Of a stretch of DNA of 34,439 nucleotides, positions 1-8,954 are shown in pieces. This DNA is from a bacterium (GTDB taxonomy: Bacteria; Cyanobacteriota; Vampirovibrionia; Gastranaerophilales; JBAXKC01), in contig JBAXKC010000027.1 of NCBI GenBank assembly GCA_037137535.1, forward strand, positions 1 through 34,439, read 5' to 3'. Within the stretch, counting starts at the first letter, position 1. Each line of letters begins with the position of its first letter. Position numbers and translations under genes: made by a program. The notes beneath the pieces were generated by a model that was given only the letters and a program-made list of their open reading frames with translations, was not told the DNA's origin and ran no database searches.

Positions 1-71
1 GACCTTGTTACTCATATATTTATCATTCATTACAATTTATCACTTAAAAATTAGCATCTACCAAGATTTTC

Positions 72-91
72 ATATCAAAATCTGATATAAT
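72..91 (+). promoter_or_regulatory. Extended -10 promoter with overlapping inverted repeat (putative TA operator)
   Basis: TGATATAAT (83-91) is TG-n-TATAAT. It overlaps ATATCA-N5-TGATAT (72-88) just upstream of the antitoxin RBS GTGAGGT. Confidence 0.5.
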
Positions 92-114
92 GACAAAAAG
101 TGAGGTAATAATTT

Positions 115-348
115 ATGGCGACACCTAAAGAGCAATTGTCAGAAAAAATCAAAACTCTTAATAATTTTGAAGCGGTTGAAGCATTAGATTTTATCGAATA
201 TTTAGAGCAAAAAAGAGCCAAAGAGTTAAAAGAATTTCTTAATAATGTTGATACCGATGATGAGTTAAACGCAATAAAAACAGGACAAAAAGATTTAGCC
301 AAAGGAGAAACTCTCTCTTTTGATGAGGTTTTCGGCAAAGATGAGTAA
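115..348 (+). CDS. Type II antitoxin (DUF2281/RelB-like)
   Basis: 77-aa acidic protein with EALDFIEYL and a C-terminal AIKTGQKDLAKGETLSFDEV. RBS GAGGT. Its stop overlaps the ATG of a RelE-like gene. Confidence 0.8.
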   Translation: MATPKEQLSEKIKTLNNFEAVEALDFIEYLEQKRAKELKEFLNNVDTDDELNAIKTGQKDLAKGETLSFDEVFGKDE

Positions 349-617
349 ATACGAAGTAAAGCTTTCTAAGCATTTTGAACAATCACTTTCTAAACTTGAA
401 AATAACTCAAAAAAAATAAATTCAAAAATCAATTACTAATTTTTTAACTTCTCCTAAAACCTCCAATGTTAAAAAACTTGAAAGCTATAAAAATCTTTTT
501 CGCCTTAGAAGCGGTGATTACAGAATAATTTTTCAAGAAGATAATGAAAAAACCGAGATTTTAACGATACTTTTTCTTGACGTAAAACACCGCAAAGATG
601 TTTACAGACATTTATAA
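341..617 (+). pseudogene. relE: RelE/ParE-family toxin, interrupted by a +1 frameshift near 418-420
   Basis: ATG 341 gives MSKYEVKLSKHFEQSLSKLENNSKKINSKINY* (TAA 437-439). The +1 frame from 420 reads IQKSITNFLTSPKTSNVKKLESYKNLFRLRSGDYRIIF...VKHRKDVYRHL* (TAA 615-617), containing typical RelE motifs. Not in the ORF track. Confidence 0.85.
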
Positions 618-815
618 TTAAGTTCTTTGGTTAATATGACAAAGGGACTTTTTGAATGTATAGCTTATGTTTCCGTCTTTCAGTAAAAAGTTTGATAGTA
701 GTTTTTTTTAATAACTTAACTTTTTCATTATTTGGTTGAAGCATATATAAGTCATAGAAACTTTATTTGCAAGGATTAAAATTTCCATGACTTATACTAA
801 TAAAATTGCCTATAA

Positions 816-1673
816 TTAAATATTCTTTAAAAGGACTTCTTTCGCTTTATAAGAACTTCTCACCAATGGCCCTGCGATTGGGAATTTTATACCAATTTCT
901 TTAGCCAGATTTTGAAGATGCTCAAATTCTTCAGGGGTGTAATATTTTTCAACATCAAGATGATTTTTTGTAGGCTGAATATACTGCCCTATTGTTACTA
1001 TATCGCAATTAATAGCCTGTAAGTCTTTTAATGTAGAGATTATTTGGTCTTCTGTTTCTCCAAGACCAACCATCATTCCTGTTTTTGTTAATATTGTCGG
1101 TGAGGTTTTCTTTATGTATTCTAAAAAGTCTAAAGACCTTTGATATTGAGCTTGTGGTCTAACTCTTTTATATAAATCTTTAACAGTTTCTATATTATGG
1201 TTAAAAACGTCAGGAGCTTCTGATATAACAATATCTATCAGCTTTTCCTTACCGTTAAAATCAGGAGTTAGCACCTCTATTTTTATATCAGAGCCGATTT
1301 TTTTAATTTCTCTGATAGTTTCAGCAAAATGCCCTGCTCCTTCATCTTCAAGATCATCTCTTGTGACAGAAGTTATAACTACATAGTCAAGTCCCAATTC
1401 TTTAATTGCATTAGCAATAAGCAAAGGCTCTTCTACGTTTACAGCTTCTGGAGGATTGTTAGTTATTGAACAGAAACGACAATTTCTTGTGCAATTTGTA
1501 CCAAGTATCATAAATGTTGCAGTATTTTTTGAGTAACATTCATTCTTATTAGGACATCTTGCACTATCGCAAACTGTATTTAAGTGATTAAATTTTAATA
1601 TTTTTCTTACGGTTCTTGTTGTATCGGTATCAACAATTCCTCTTTTTAACCATTCAGGAAGTTTTTTTCTCAT
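816..1673 (-). CDS. lipA: Lipoyl synthase
   Basis: CDSARCPNKNEC (CX4CX5C), CTRNCRFC radical SAM motif and C-terminal RSSY. Confidence 0.97.
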   Translation of the reverse strand: MRKKLPEWLKRGIVDTDTTRTVRKILKFNHLNTVCDSARCPNKNECYSKNTATFMILGTNCTRNCRFCSITNNPPEAVNVEEPLLIANAIKELGLDYVVITSVTRDDLEDEGAGHFAETIREIKKIGSDIKIEVLTPDFNGKEKLIDIVISEAPDVFNHNIETVKDLYKRVRPQAQYQRSLDFLEYIKKTSPTILTKTGMMVGLGETEDQIISTLKDLQAINCDIVTIGQYIQPTKNHLDVEKYYTPEEFEHLQNLAKEIGIKFPIAGPLVRSSYKAKEVLLKNI

Positions 1674-1683
1674 ATATTACCTG

Positions 1684-3054
1684 TTACTTTTTTGGATTTT
1701 GAACGTGTATAGGCAAGCCATCTATTCCTAAGAAGGCTTCGTGCAATGCTTCAGAAACCGTAGGATGAGCAAATACAGTATGCTTAAGCTGGTCTGGAGA
1801 TAATCCGTTATTCATTGCGATTGCTGCCTGCTGAATTAAGAAATCTCCGTTTTTTGCCACAAGATGCACACCTAATATTTTGTCTTTTGTTGCAAGAACT
1901 TTTATAAATCCGTCAATTTCGTCTTCAATTACAGATTTGCCAACTCCACCAATCATAAATGTATTAGATAAGTAAGGAATGCTTTTAGCTTTTATTTCTT
2001 CTTCAGTTAAGCCAACTGAGCAAATTTCTGGAGTTCCGTAAACAATTTTAGGAACTGAATCATAATCAAAATGACCTTCTTTTCCTTGCATAATATGCTC
2101 AACAGCAATTATTGCATGGTGAGAAGCAACGTGGGCAAGTAAAAGTTTACCTGTAACATCCCCAATAGCATATATATTATCAATATTTGTTCTCATGTTG
2201 TTATCAACATCAATAAACTTGCCATTAAAATCAAGTCCTGTTTCTTTTAGCCCTTCAATATTTACAACCGGCGCTCTACCTGCGGCTAAAAAGATTATTT
2301 CAGGCTCAATAAGCTTATGATTAGCAAGAATTACTTTTTTATCTTCTATTTTTTCAACATGTGTTGAATAGTAATAATCTATTTTAGAGCGTTTAAAGAG
2401 TCTTTCAACTCTTTCTGAGCAAGAATTGTCCAGCATTGGAGCTAATTTTGAGCCAACTTCAACAACTGTTACTTTCTTGCCCATATTTGAGAAGATTCTA
2501 GCCCATTCAATCCCGCTTGCTCCGCTTCCTACAATTAATACGCTTTCGGGAAGTTTATCAAGCGATAAAATGTCATTTGTGTCAAAGATAAATTTATGAT
2601 CAACGGTTAAACCCGGTAAAGACACAGGAGTTGAGCCTGTTGCAATTATAAGGTTTTTAAACTCAATTTCGGTAATGTTTTCATTGTTTTTAACAACTAA
2701 ATGATGAGTGTCTTTTATGCTTGCCGTTCCTTCAATTATATCAATATTATAGCTGTTAACTAATTGAGTAAGGCTTTTTCTTATTTTTTCAACGGTTGCA
2801 GTTTTTCTTTCAGATACTTTTTGGTAATCGATACTTATATTTTCAGCAGTTATTCCAAATTTGGCAAGTTTTTTAGCTTCCACAAATCTGTCAACTGATG
2901 CAAGAACAGCTTTTGTAGGGATACATCCCCAGTTAAGACATGTTCCGCCCATATATTCTCTTTCGACCAAAGCGACTTTAGCTCCTAATTGGGCTGCTTT
3001 TATAGCTGCGACATAACCGCCCGGGCCTGCTCCAATAATTGCTATATCGTACAT
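1684..3054 (-). CDS. lpdA: Dihydrolipoyl dehydrogenase
   Basis: GAGPGGYVAA FAD-binding motif, GGTCLNWGCIPTK redox disulfide and HPTVSE catalytic His-Glu. Confidence 0.95.
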   Translation of the reverse strand: MYDIAIIGAGPGGYVAAIKAAQLGAKVALVEREYMGGTCLNWGCIPTKAVLASVDRFVEAKKLAKFGITAENISIDYQKVSERKTATVEKIRKSLTQLVNSYNIDIIEGTASIKDTHHLVVKNNENITEIEFKNLIIATGSTPVSLPGLTVDHKFIFDTNDILSLDKLPESVLIVGSGASGIEWARIFSNMGKKVTVVEVGSKLAPMLDNSCSERVERLFKRSKIDYYYSTHVEKIEDKKVILANHKLIEPEIIFLAAGRAPVVNIEGLKETGLDFNGKFIDVDNNMRTNIDNIYAIGDVTGKLLLAHVASHHAIIAVEHIMQGKEGHFDYDSVPKIVYGTPEICSVGLTEEEIKAKSIPYLSNTFMIGGVGKSVIEDEIDGFIKVLATKDKILGVHLVAKNGDFLIQQAAIAMNNGLSPDQLKHTVFAHPTVSEALHEAFLGIDGLPIHVQNPKK

Positions 3055-3110
3055 TTTCTATATCCCTGAAAAACTAATATACACATTAATAAAACATTTA
3101 AGCATAAAAT

Positions 3111-4478
3111 CTAGTTATTTAAACTATGAATTGGAGCAGGAATTCTGCCGCCACGATTTACGAAATCAGAGCAAGAAAATTTGTTTACCGGCATAATAGG
3201 AGCTTCCCCGAGTAGGCCGCCAAAAACAGCATGTTCTCCGACTTTTTTGTTTGTTACAGGTATTACCCTAACTGCTGTCGTCTTTTTATTAATCATTCCG
3301 ATTGCCATTTCATCCGCAATAATACCTGAAATGGTTTCTACAGAAGTATCACCAGGAATTGCAATCATATCAAGACCAACAGAACATACTGAGGTCATTG
3401 CTTCAAGTTTGTCAAAACTTAAACTGCCGCATTTTACCGCTTCAATCATGCCTGCATCTTCGCTGACAGGAATAAATGCGCCACTTAATCCGCCAACATA
3501 AGAACTTGCCATTACTCCGCCTTTTTTTACAGCATCGTTAAGCATAGCAAGAGCAGCAGTAGTTCCATGAGTTCCGCAACTTTCTAATCCCATTGCTTCT
3601 AAGATGTTTGCTACGCTATCACCTATTGCAGGAGTAGGAGCAAGAGAAAGATCAATAACTCCAAACGGTATATCAAGACGATTTGCAAGTTCACGACCGA
3701 CAAGCTCGCCTGTTGTGGTAATTTTATAAGAAATTGTTTTGATTTTATTGGCTACATCACCAAAACTGGCATTCTTAGGCAATGATTTAACAGCTGCTCT
3801 AACAACCCCAGGTCCACTAACACCAATATTTAATGCACATTCAGGTTCTCCATATCCCTGAAAAGACCCTGCCATAAATGGATTATCTGACGGTACATTA
3901 CAGAATACTACAAGTTTTGCAGCTCCTATACTGTCTCTATCTGCTGTTAATTCAGCACATTTTTTGATTGTATGTCCCATTTTTAAGACAGCATCCATGT
4001 TTATGCCTGCTTTTGAGGTGGCGACATTTACAGAAGAGCAAACTCTGTCAGTTTGTCTTAACGCTTCGGGAATAGCCTCAATCAAAGCTAAATCACCTCT
4101 GCTGAAACCTTTTTCAACTAAAGCTCCAAATCCGCCAATAAAATCAACACCAACATCTTTTGCAGCTCTGTCGAGTGTTTTAGCGATTTGAACATAATCA
4201 TAATCAAGGCAACTTTCGCCAACTAAAGAAATAGGTGTAACTGAAATTCTTTTATTTACAATTGGAATACAATATTCATTTTCAACTTCATTAGCAAAAG
4301 AAACTAAGTTTCCTGCATATTTAGAAATTTTTCTGTAAATATTTTCGCAAGTTCTGCCAACACTTTCAGACATGCAATCTCTTAAACTTAATGATAATGT
4401 AACTGTTCTGATATCAAGGTTATGAACCCTAATCATTTCAATTGTTTCTAATATATTACTTGTTGCGATACCGCTCAT
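3111..4478 (-). CDS. PFL-like family protein (DUF711/UPF0210)
   Basis: [53 protein letters not shown] and RIPAPIHSL motifs. Confidence 0.93.
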   Translation of the reverse strand: MSGIATSNILETIEMIRVHNLDIRTVTLSLSLRDCMSESVGRTCENIYRKISKYAGNLVSFANEVENEYCIPIVNKRISVTPISLVGESCLDYDYVQIAKTLDRAAKDVGVDFIGGFGALVEKGFSRGDLALIEAIPEALRQTDRVCSSVNVATSKAGINMDAVLKMGHTIKKCAELTADRDSIGAAKLVVFCNVPSDNPFMAGSFQGYGEPECALNIGVSGPGVVRAAVKSLPKNASFGDVANKIKTISYKITTTGELVGRELANRLDIPFGVIDLSLAPTPAIGDSVANILEAMGLESCGTHGTTAALAMLNDAVKKGGVMASSYVGGLSGAFIPVSEDAGMIEAVKCGSLSFDKLEAMTSVCSVGLDMIAIPGDTSVETISGIIADEMAIGMINKKTTAVRVIPVTNKKVGEHAVFGGLLGEAPIMPVNKFSCSDFVNRGGRIPAPIHSLNN

Positions 4479-4489
4479 TTTTATTGCTC

Positions 4490-4768
4490 CTAGATTATAT
4501 GCATTTTATCGAATATTTTTTTTCTTTGAACCCAAGCTTCCATTTCAAGCTCTTCACCTAATTTCATAACAGCATCTTTTATTTCGCTGAATCTGTTAGG
4601 TGATTTTGAATAGTCCGCCATCATTACCATTGTAAAATAATCTTGCATAAGAGTTTGTCTTACATCTTCTACGTTTACGTTCATATCTGATAAAATTGTA
4701 GCAAATTTTGCAATAAGTCCAATTTTGTCTGCACCAAGTACGGTTATAATTATCTTTGTATCTTCCAT
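4490..4768 (-). CDS. ACT-domain protein (UPF0237)
   Basis: [26 protein letters not shown] and IFDKMHII. Located directly upstream of DUF711, the usual pairing. Confidence 0.9.
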   Translation of the reverse strand: MEDTKIIITVLGADKIGLIAKFATILSDMNVNVEDVRQTLMQDYFTMVMMADYSKSPNRFSEIKDAVMKLGEELEMEAWVQRKKIFDKMHII

Positions 4769-4855
4769 TTTTATTTTCCTTTGACTAAAATCTTAGTATT
4801 ATAATAAAACGATTGATTACCTAAATACAACTAAAGAAATAATAAAGGCGACCTT

Positions 4856-5704
4856 ATGAAAACATATTATGATTGCGTTCCATGTATGCTAAACAGTCTT
4901 ATAAGCTTGTTTAAACAAGGTATAATTGAAGAAAAACATCATGATTCTGTAATAAAAGAATCTATGAAATATTATTCTAACCTTAATTTTAGCCAAAGCC
5001 CTTTAAAAGTAAATAGAGACTTACATTCTATTGTAAGACAAGTTTGTCAAAATAACGATCCGTATAAACCATTAAAAGATAAATTTAATAATGAAGCCTT
5101 AAATTATTTAGACAAATATACCCAAAGAGTACAAAACTCTGATAATCCTTTTAAAATAGCTTTAAAACTTGCCATTGCAGGAAATATAATTGATTTCGGC
5201 CCAGGGCATAAATTCAGCGTAGAAGATACTGTTGAGCGAGTTTTAAACTCAAAATTCATAAACGATGATTCTGATAAACTTTACGAGGAAATACAGAAAG
5301 CGGATAAGATATTGTATTTACTTGATAATACGGGAGAAATTGTTTTTGACAGTATCTTTCTTAACGTCTTAAATCGTCCTGATATTATATTAGCAGTCAG
5401 ACATAGCCCTATTTTGAATGATGCGACAATGGAAGATATTAAACTTATCGGACTTGATAAAAAATACAAAGTCATCACAAACGGTGATAATGCCCCTGGA
5501 ACTTTATTAAGCCATGTTTCAGAGGAGTTTTTGCAGGAATTTAATACAGCTGATCTTATTATTTCTAAAGGACAAGGAAACTATGAAGGTTTAAGCGGAG
5601 TGAAAGATAAAAATATCTTTTTCCTTTTAATGGCTAAGTGTAAAATTATTGCTGATGAGTTAGGTGCAAATTTAGGCGATTTCATTATTAAAAAAGCTAA
5701 TTAA
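4856..5704 (+). CDS. DUF89/ARMT1-like damage-control phosphatase
   Basis: CVPC, AGNIIDFG, DNTGE, NDAT, KGQGNYE and KC motifs. Confidence 0.92.
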   Translation: MKTYYDCVPCMLNSLISLFKQGIIEEKHHDSVIKESMKYYSNLNFSQSPLKVNRDLHSIVRQVCQNNDPYKPLKDKFNNEALNYLDKYTQRVQNSDNPFKIALKLAIAGNIIDFGPGHKFSVEDTVERVLNSKFINDDSDKLYEEIQKADKILYLLDNTGEIVFDSIFLNVLNRPDIILAVRHSPILNDATMEDIKLIGLDKKYKVITNGDNAPGTLLSHVSEEFLQEFNTADLIISKGQGNYEGLSGVKDKNIFFLLMAKCKIIADELGANLGDFIIKKAN

Positions 5705-5903
5705 CCTGAGTCGCCAAGTAATCAAAAATCTTATTATTAAGTTTTAAATTATCAAAAATATATAGAAATGCAAAAGAGGCCATGCCTCTTTGCCACTGAT
5801 GGATGACGACTGGAGGTTTTTTGATAATTTTAATTAGCACTTGAGTTAATTAAGCCTAAAAACAGGCGATAATATTATTAAAACGTTAAAAGGAAATTAT
5901 ATT

Positions 5904-6335
5904 TTGAGCTATTTATGGTTAATTTATGCATTATTAGCAGCGGTAATGGCTTCATTGGTAAGTATATTCGGAAAAATAGGTCTTCAATCTGTTGATGCTA
6001 ATACTGCTACGGCTATTAGAGCAGTTGTTATGGCTTTATTTTTAGTGACTTTTGTATTAGCCAAAGGTAATTCTACTCAATTCAGCTTGGTTTTAGCCAA
6101 TAAAAAAGCTCTTATTTTTATTATTTTAAGCGGTATAGTAGGAGCTTTATCATGGTTATTTTATTTTATGGCTTTAAAACATGGAAAAGTTTCTCAAGTA
6201 GCCCCAATTGATAAATTCAGCGTTGTCATAGCAACTTTAGCTGCAATTATTTTCTTTGGCGAAAAATTGTCTTTTTTCAATCAAATTGGTGTTGTTCTTA
6301 TAGCTTTGGGTGTTACGCTTGTTGCAATAGGATGA
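5904..6335 (+). CDS. EamA/DMT family small transporter
   Basis: 143-aa hydrophobic protein with KIGL...ATAIR, SWLFYFMALK and VAPIDK. TTG start after AAAGGA. Confidence 0.9.
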   Translation: MSYLWLIYALLAAVMASLVSIFGKIGLQSVDANTATAIRAVVMALFLVTFVLAKGNSTQFSLVLANKKALIFIILSGIVGALSWLFYFMALKHGKVSQVAPIDKFSVVIATLAAIIFFGEKLSFFNQIGVVLIALGVTLVAIG

Positions 6336-6356
6336 TTTTTAAATGAGGGAAAAATA

Positions 6357-7115
6357 TTGAATTCAGATGTTAAAATTTATGTTTGTCATCATAAAGAATA
6401 TTGGACATGTAAAACCGACATAATTGAACCGATTCAAGTTGGTAAAGCTAATTCCTCATTAATCCTTAATATGATTGGTGATGATACGGGAGAGAATATT
6501 TCTCATAGAAATCCTAACTTTTGTGAGCTTACTGCAATGTACTGGGCATGGAAAAATGTAAAACATGATTATATTGGATTTTGTCATTACAGAAGATATT
6601 TAAGTTTTCTCGACTATCCTGAATCAGTTATAACTCTTAGTGAAATAAATCAGCAAACATTAGAACACACAAAAATATATGATGATAATGCTATTTTAGA
6701 TGCAATCAGCAATACAGATATAATAGTTCCTAAAAAATTTAATCATGAGCCTTTTACAGTTTCTTTCCAGTACCTTTATAATCATATAAAAGAAGATTGG
6801 GATATTATGATTAATGTTTTACTTGAAAAATATCCTGAATCTTTAGACCTTGTAAATAAGGTTTTATATGAGGGTAAAGAGATGTATCCATTTAATATGT
6901 TTATTATGAATTATGAAATATTTAATATTTATATGGAATGGTTATTTGATATCTTATTTGAAGTGGAAAAAAGAATATTCATAAGTCAATATCCATATCA
7001 GGCAAGAGTTTTTGGTTTTATGGCAGAAAGACTTTTCAGTTTATTTATTGCAATTTTGAATGAAAAAATACCTCTAAGAATAAAAGAAGTTAATACTGTT
7101 TATTTTAATTTTTAA
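6357..7115 (+). CDS. DUF4422 family putative glycosyltransferase
   Basis: IYVCHHK, PIQVG, DDTGENIS..NPNFCELTAMYWAWKN, GFCHYRRY and RVFGFMAERLF. TTG start after GAGGG. Confidence 0.9.
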   Translation: MNSDVKIYVCHHKEYWTCKTDIIEPIQVGKANSSLILNMIGDDTGENISHRNPNFCELTAMYWAWKNVKHDYIGFCHYRRYLSFLDYPESVITLSEINQQTLEHTKIYDDNAILDAISNTDIIVPKKFNHEPFTVSFQYLYNHIKEDWDIMINVLLEKYPESLDLVNKVLYEGKEMYPFNMFIMNYEIFNIYMEWLFDILFEVEKRIFISQYPYQARVFGFMAERLFSLFIAILNEKIPLRIKEVNTVYFNF

Positions 7116-7139
7116 AGAAATTTAAGTTTTAACCGATAT
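7113..7139 (+). promoter_or_regulatory. Putative sigma-28 (FliA/SigD) promoter of the pilin-like gene
   Basis: TAAAGAAA-N11-ACCGATAT versus consensus TAAAGTTT-N11-GCCGATAA. Confidence 0.6.
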
Positions 7140-7176
7140 TATAATTAATAATTAAAATATAAAGAATTTTTATTGA

Positions 7177-7362
7177 ATGAGAAAAAGTAAACATGGGAAT
7201 AATTTAGTTGAATATATAGTAACGCTTAGCTGTATTGGCTTTGTATTCGGCTATGCTTTATGGAACATTAATCCTGATATATTTAAAAATATATTTCAAA
7301 ATACTTTTTCAGGCTCAACTGATAATAGTGGGCAATTGACCATTCAGCCTATGACAAAATAG
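7177..7362 (+). CDS. Flp/Tad-type pilin-like small protein
   Basis: Basic leader MRKSKHG, then NNLVEY with Glu at +5 followed by Tyr, then a hydrophobic helix. This matches a class III signal peptide. Confidence 0.7.
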   Translation: MRKSKHGNNLVEYIVTLSCIGFVFGYALWNINPDIFKNIFQNTFSGSTDNSGQLTIQPMTK

Positions 7363-7400
7363 CTGATTTATCCTCAATCGCTTTATTATACTAAGATTTT

Positions 7401-7456
7401 AATATTAAAAAACGTGTAACTCATGATATATCATGTATTACACGTTTTTTAATATT
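7401..7456. terminator. 56-bp near-perfect palindrome, probable terminator
   Basis: AATATTAAAAAACGTGTAActCATGATA|TATCATGtaTTACACGTTTTTTAATATT; 26 of 28 arm positions pair, with T6/A6 tracts. Confidence 0.65.
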
Positions 7457-7546
7457 TCGTTACAAAGTATGAATTGCTATTAATTTATCTTCCATAATTG
7501 TTTTTATATATATAAGGAAATTATCCAAGACTATTGGGGAGGATTT

Positions 7547-8800
7547 ATGGGGAATTATTTAGGGCAAGAAATACCAAATTATTATCAAACAAGAGCTATG
7601 ACAGGAGATATTGTTAACCAATTGAATAATATTCCTTATTCAAATTCATTACAGCCACCGACAGCAACAAGTATCTGGAATTCAAATACTACTACAACTC
7701 CTGCGGTGTCAAATTACAATGAGTCATTATATAGTTATTCAAATTCTATAATGAATGATTTGAATGCAACTCCACAGGCGACACCTTTACCTTTTACTCC
7801 TGTGCCTGCGCAGGCGAATCAATATATTTCATCAATTAATAAAGCATCAGAGGCTTTAAATGCAGAGATAAATGCAACTCCTCAGGCGACACCTTTACCG
7901 TTTACTCCTGTTCCTGCACAGACAAATCAATATATTTCATCAATTAATAAAGCATCAGAGGCTTTAAATACAGAGATAAACAAACCTATGAATATACCGC
8001 AGACAGATCCTTTCATGCCTGCAATGGTTGCACAGAATAATTCAGTTTCTAATACATTAGATATGCAAACTCAAAGGATGTTAGCGCAAATAAATTCACC
8101 TACACTTGCTGCCCCACCACCTGCAAATCAGGTGACAACACCAAATGTATCAGGAACTCCAACAGGTACACAACAAGTTGATCCTGCAACAGGACAACCT
8201 GTTAATAATGATGCGGCAACTCAAATGGCTGAAAAATACAATAAAGTTGCAACTATTATTAATGACCCTAGGCAAAACGCAAAACTTCAAATGTTATCTG
8301 AACAATTGAAAGACTGTTTAAAAGAAGGACCATTTAAAGATCGTGATGAAGTAAAACAAATTATAAGTCAATTAAAGCCTGAAGAATTAGCATCATTAGA
8401 GATTGTTTACGGTCAAAAAAATGGAAGTCCTACAAAACTAAGAGAAGATTTAAGACATCACTTTGCATGGTTAAGTCCAGGTAGAAAAGCTCCTGAAGAA
8501 GTAGAAGCTCTAAATAAAGCTGCCCTTACTTCACCAAGTAATGCAGTTCTTGCCCTTAAAGATGCAATGAACGGTTCTTTTGGAAATATTGATAAAGATA
8601 CATTGAATCAAATTATCTCATCTTCAAATGATCCTACTTTCTTAAGCCAAGTTTCAATGGAATATCAGCAAGCAGTTGGTAAATCATTAGCTTCTGAGCT
8701 TAAAAATAAGCTATGGTGGGCTGGTGGTGACAATAATAATCTTGTCGAAAAAGTTACAAATGCAATGCTTAAAGACAAAACTCAATCAGGTTTAATGTAA
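7547..8800 (+). CDS. Hypothetical protein: low-complexity P/Q/N/T-rich N-terminus and two annexin-like repeats at the C-terminus
   Basis: Strong RBS GGGAGG. C-terminal segment NAVLALKDAMNGSFGNIDKDTLNQII...EYQQAVGKSLASELK resembles the annexin repeat consensus. Confidence 0.75.
   Translation: MGNYLGQEIPNYYQTRAMTGDIVNQLNNIPYSNSLQPPTATSIWNSNTTTTPAVSNYNESLYSYSNSIMNDLNATPQATPLPFTPVPAQANQYISSINKASEALNAEINATPQATPLPFTPVPAQTNQYISSINKASEALNTEINKPMNIPQTDPFMPAMVAQNNSVSNTLDMQTQRMLAQINSPTLAAPPPANQVTTPNVSGTPTGTQQVDPATGQPVNNDAATQMAEKYNKVATIINDPRQNAKLQMLSEQLKDCLKEGPFKDRDEVKQIISQLKPEELASLEIVYGQKNGSPTKLREDLRHHFAWLSPGRKAPEEVEALNKAALTSPSNAVLALKDAMNGSFGNIDKDTLNQIISSSNDPTFLSQVSMEYQQAVGKSLASELKNKLWWAGGDNNNLVEKVTNAMLKDKTQSGLM
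7763..7978 (+). repeat. Intragenic tandem duplication, 2 x 108 bp (36 aa)
   Basis: 7763-7870 and 7871-7978 encode NATPQATPLPFTPVPAQ(A/T)NQYISSINKASEALN(A/T)EI, with 7 nucleotide mismatches by manual count. Confidence 0.95.
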
Positions 8801-8835
8801 AAAAATTCCCTCAATAATATATCCTCCATCCTAGT

Positions 8836-8862
8836 ATCCTCAGTAAAAGCTGAGGATTTTTT
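8836..8862 (+). terminator. Rho-independent terminator
   Basis: ATCCTCAG-TAAAAG-CTGAGGAT followed by TTTTT, downstream of the 417-aa gene. Confidence 0.8.
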
Positions 8863-8954
8863 ATTTTATAAATAACTGATTTTTATACAGAAAAAAATTG
8901 TTTGTTTTATATCTTACTTTCTTGGATTAGTATAGCTTATAATAATTAAACTCT

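Noticed and set aside
1-15. Possible 5' end of a minus-strand gene (MSNKV...)
   Set aside because: Only five codons lie within the window, too few to support a call.
620-810. Possible ncRNA between relE and lipA
   Set aside because: No convincing stem set or known motif found by eye.
4781-4805. TTGACT...TATAAT sigma-70 promoter for DUF89
   Set aside because: The spacer is only 13 bp.
5793-5815. Hammerhead ribozyme or fluoride riboswitch core suggested by CTGATG/GATGAC
   Set aside because: Lacks CUGAUGA...GAAA and the GAUGGAG/CUCC pseudoknot pairing.
7763-7978. CRISPR array or DGR template/variable repeat pair
   Set aside because: The repeats are contiguous, in-frame and unspaced. Mismatches are not adenine-specific, and there is no cas or RT gene.
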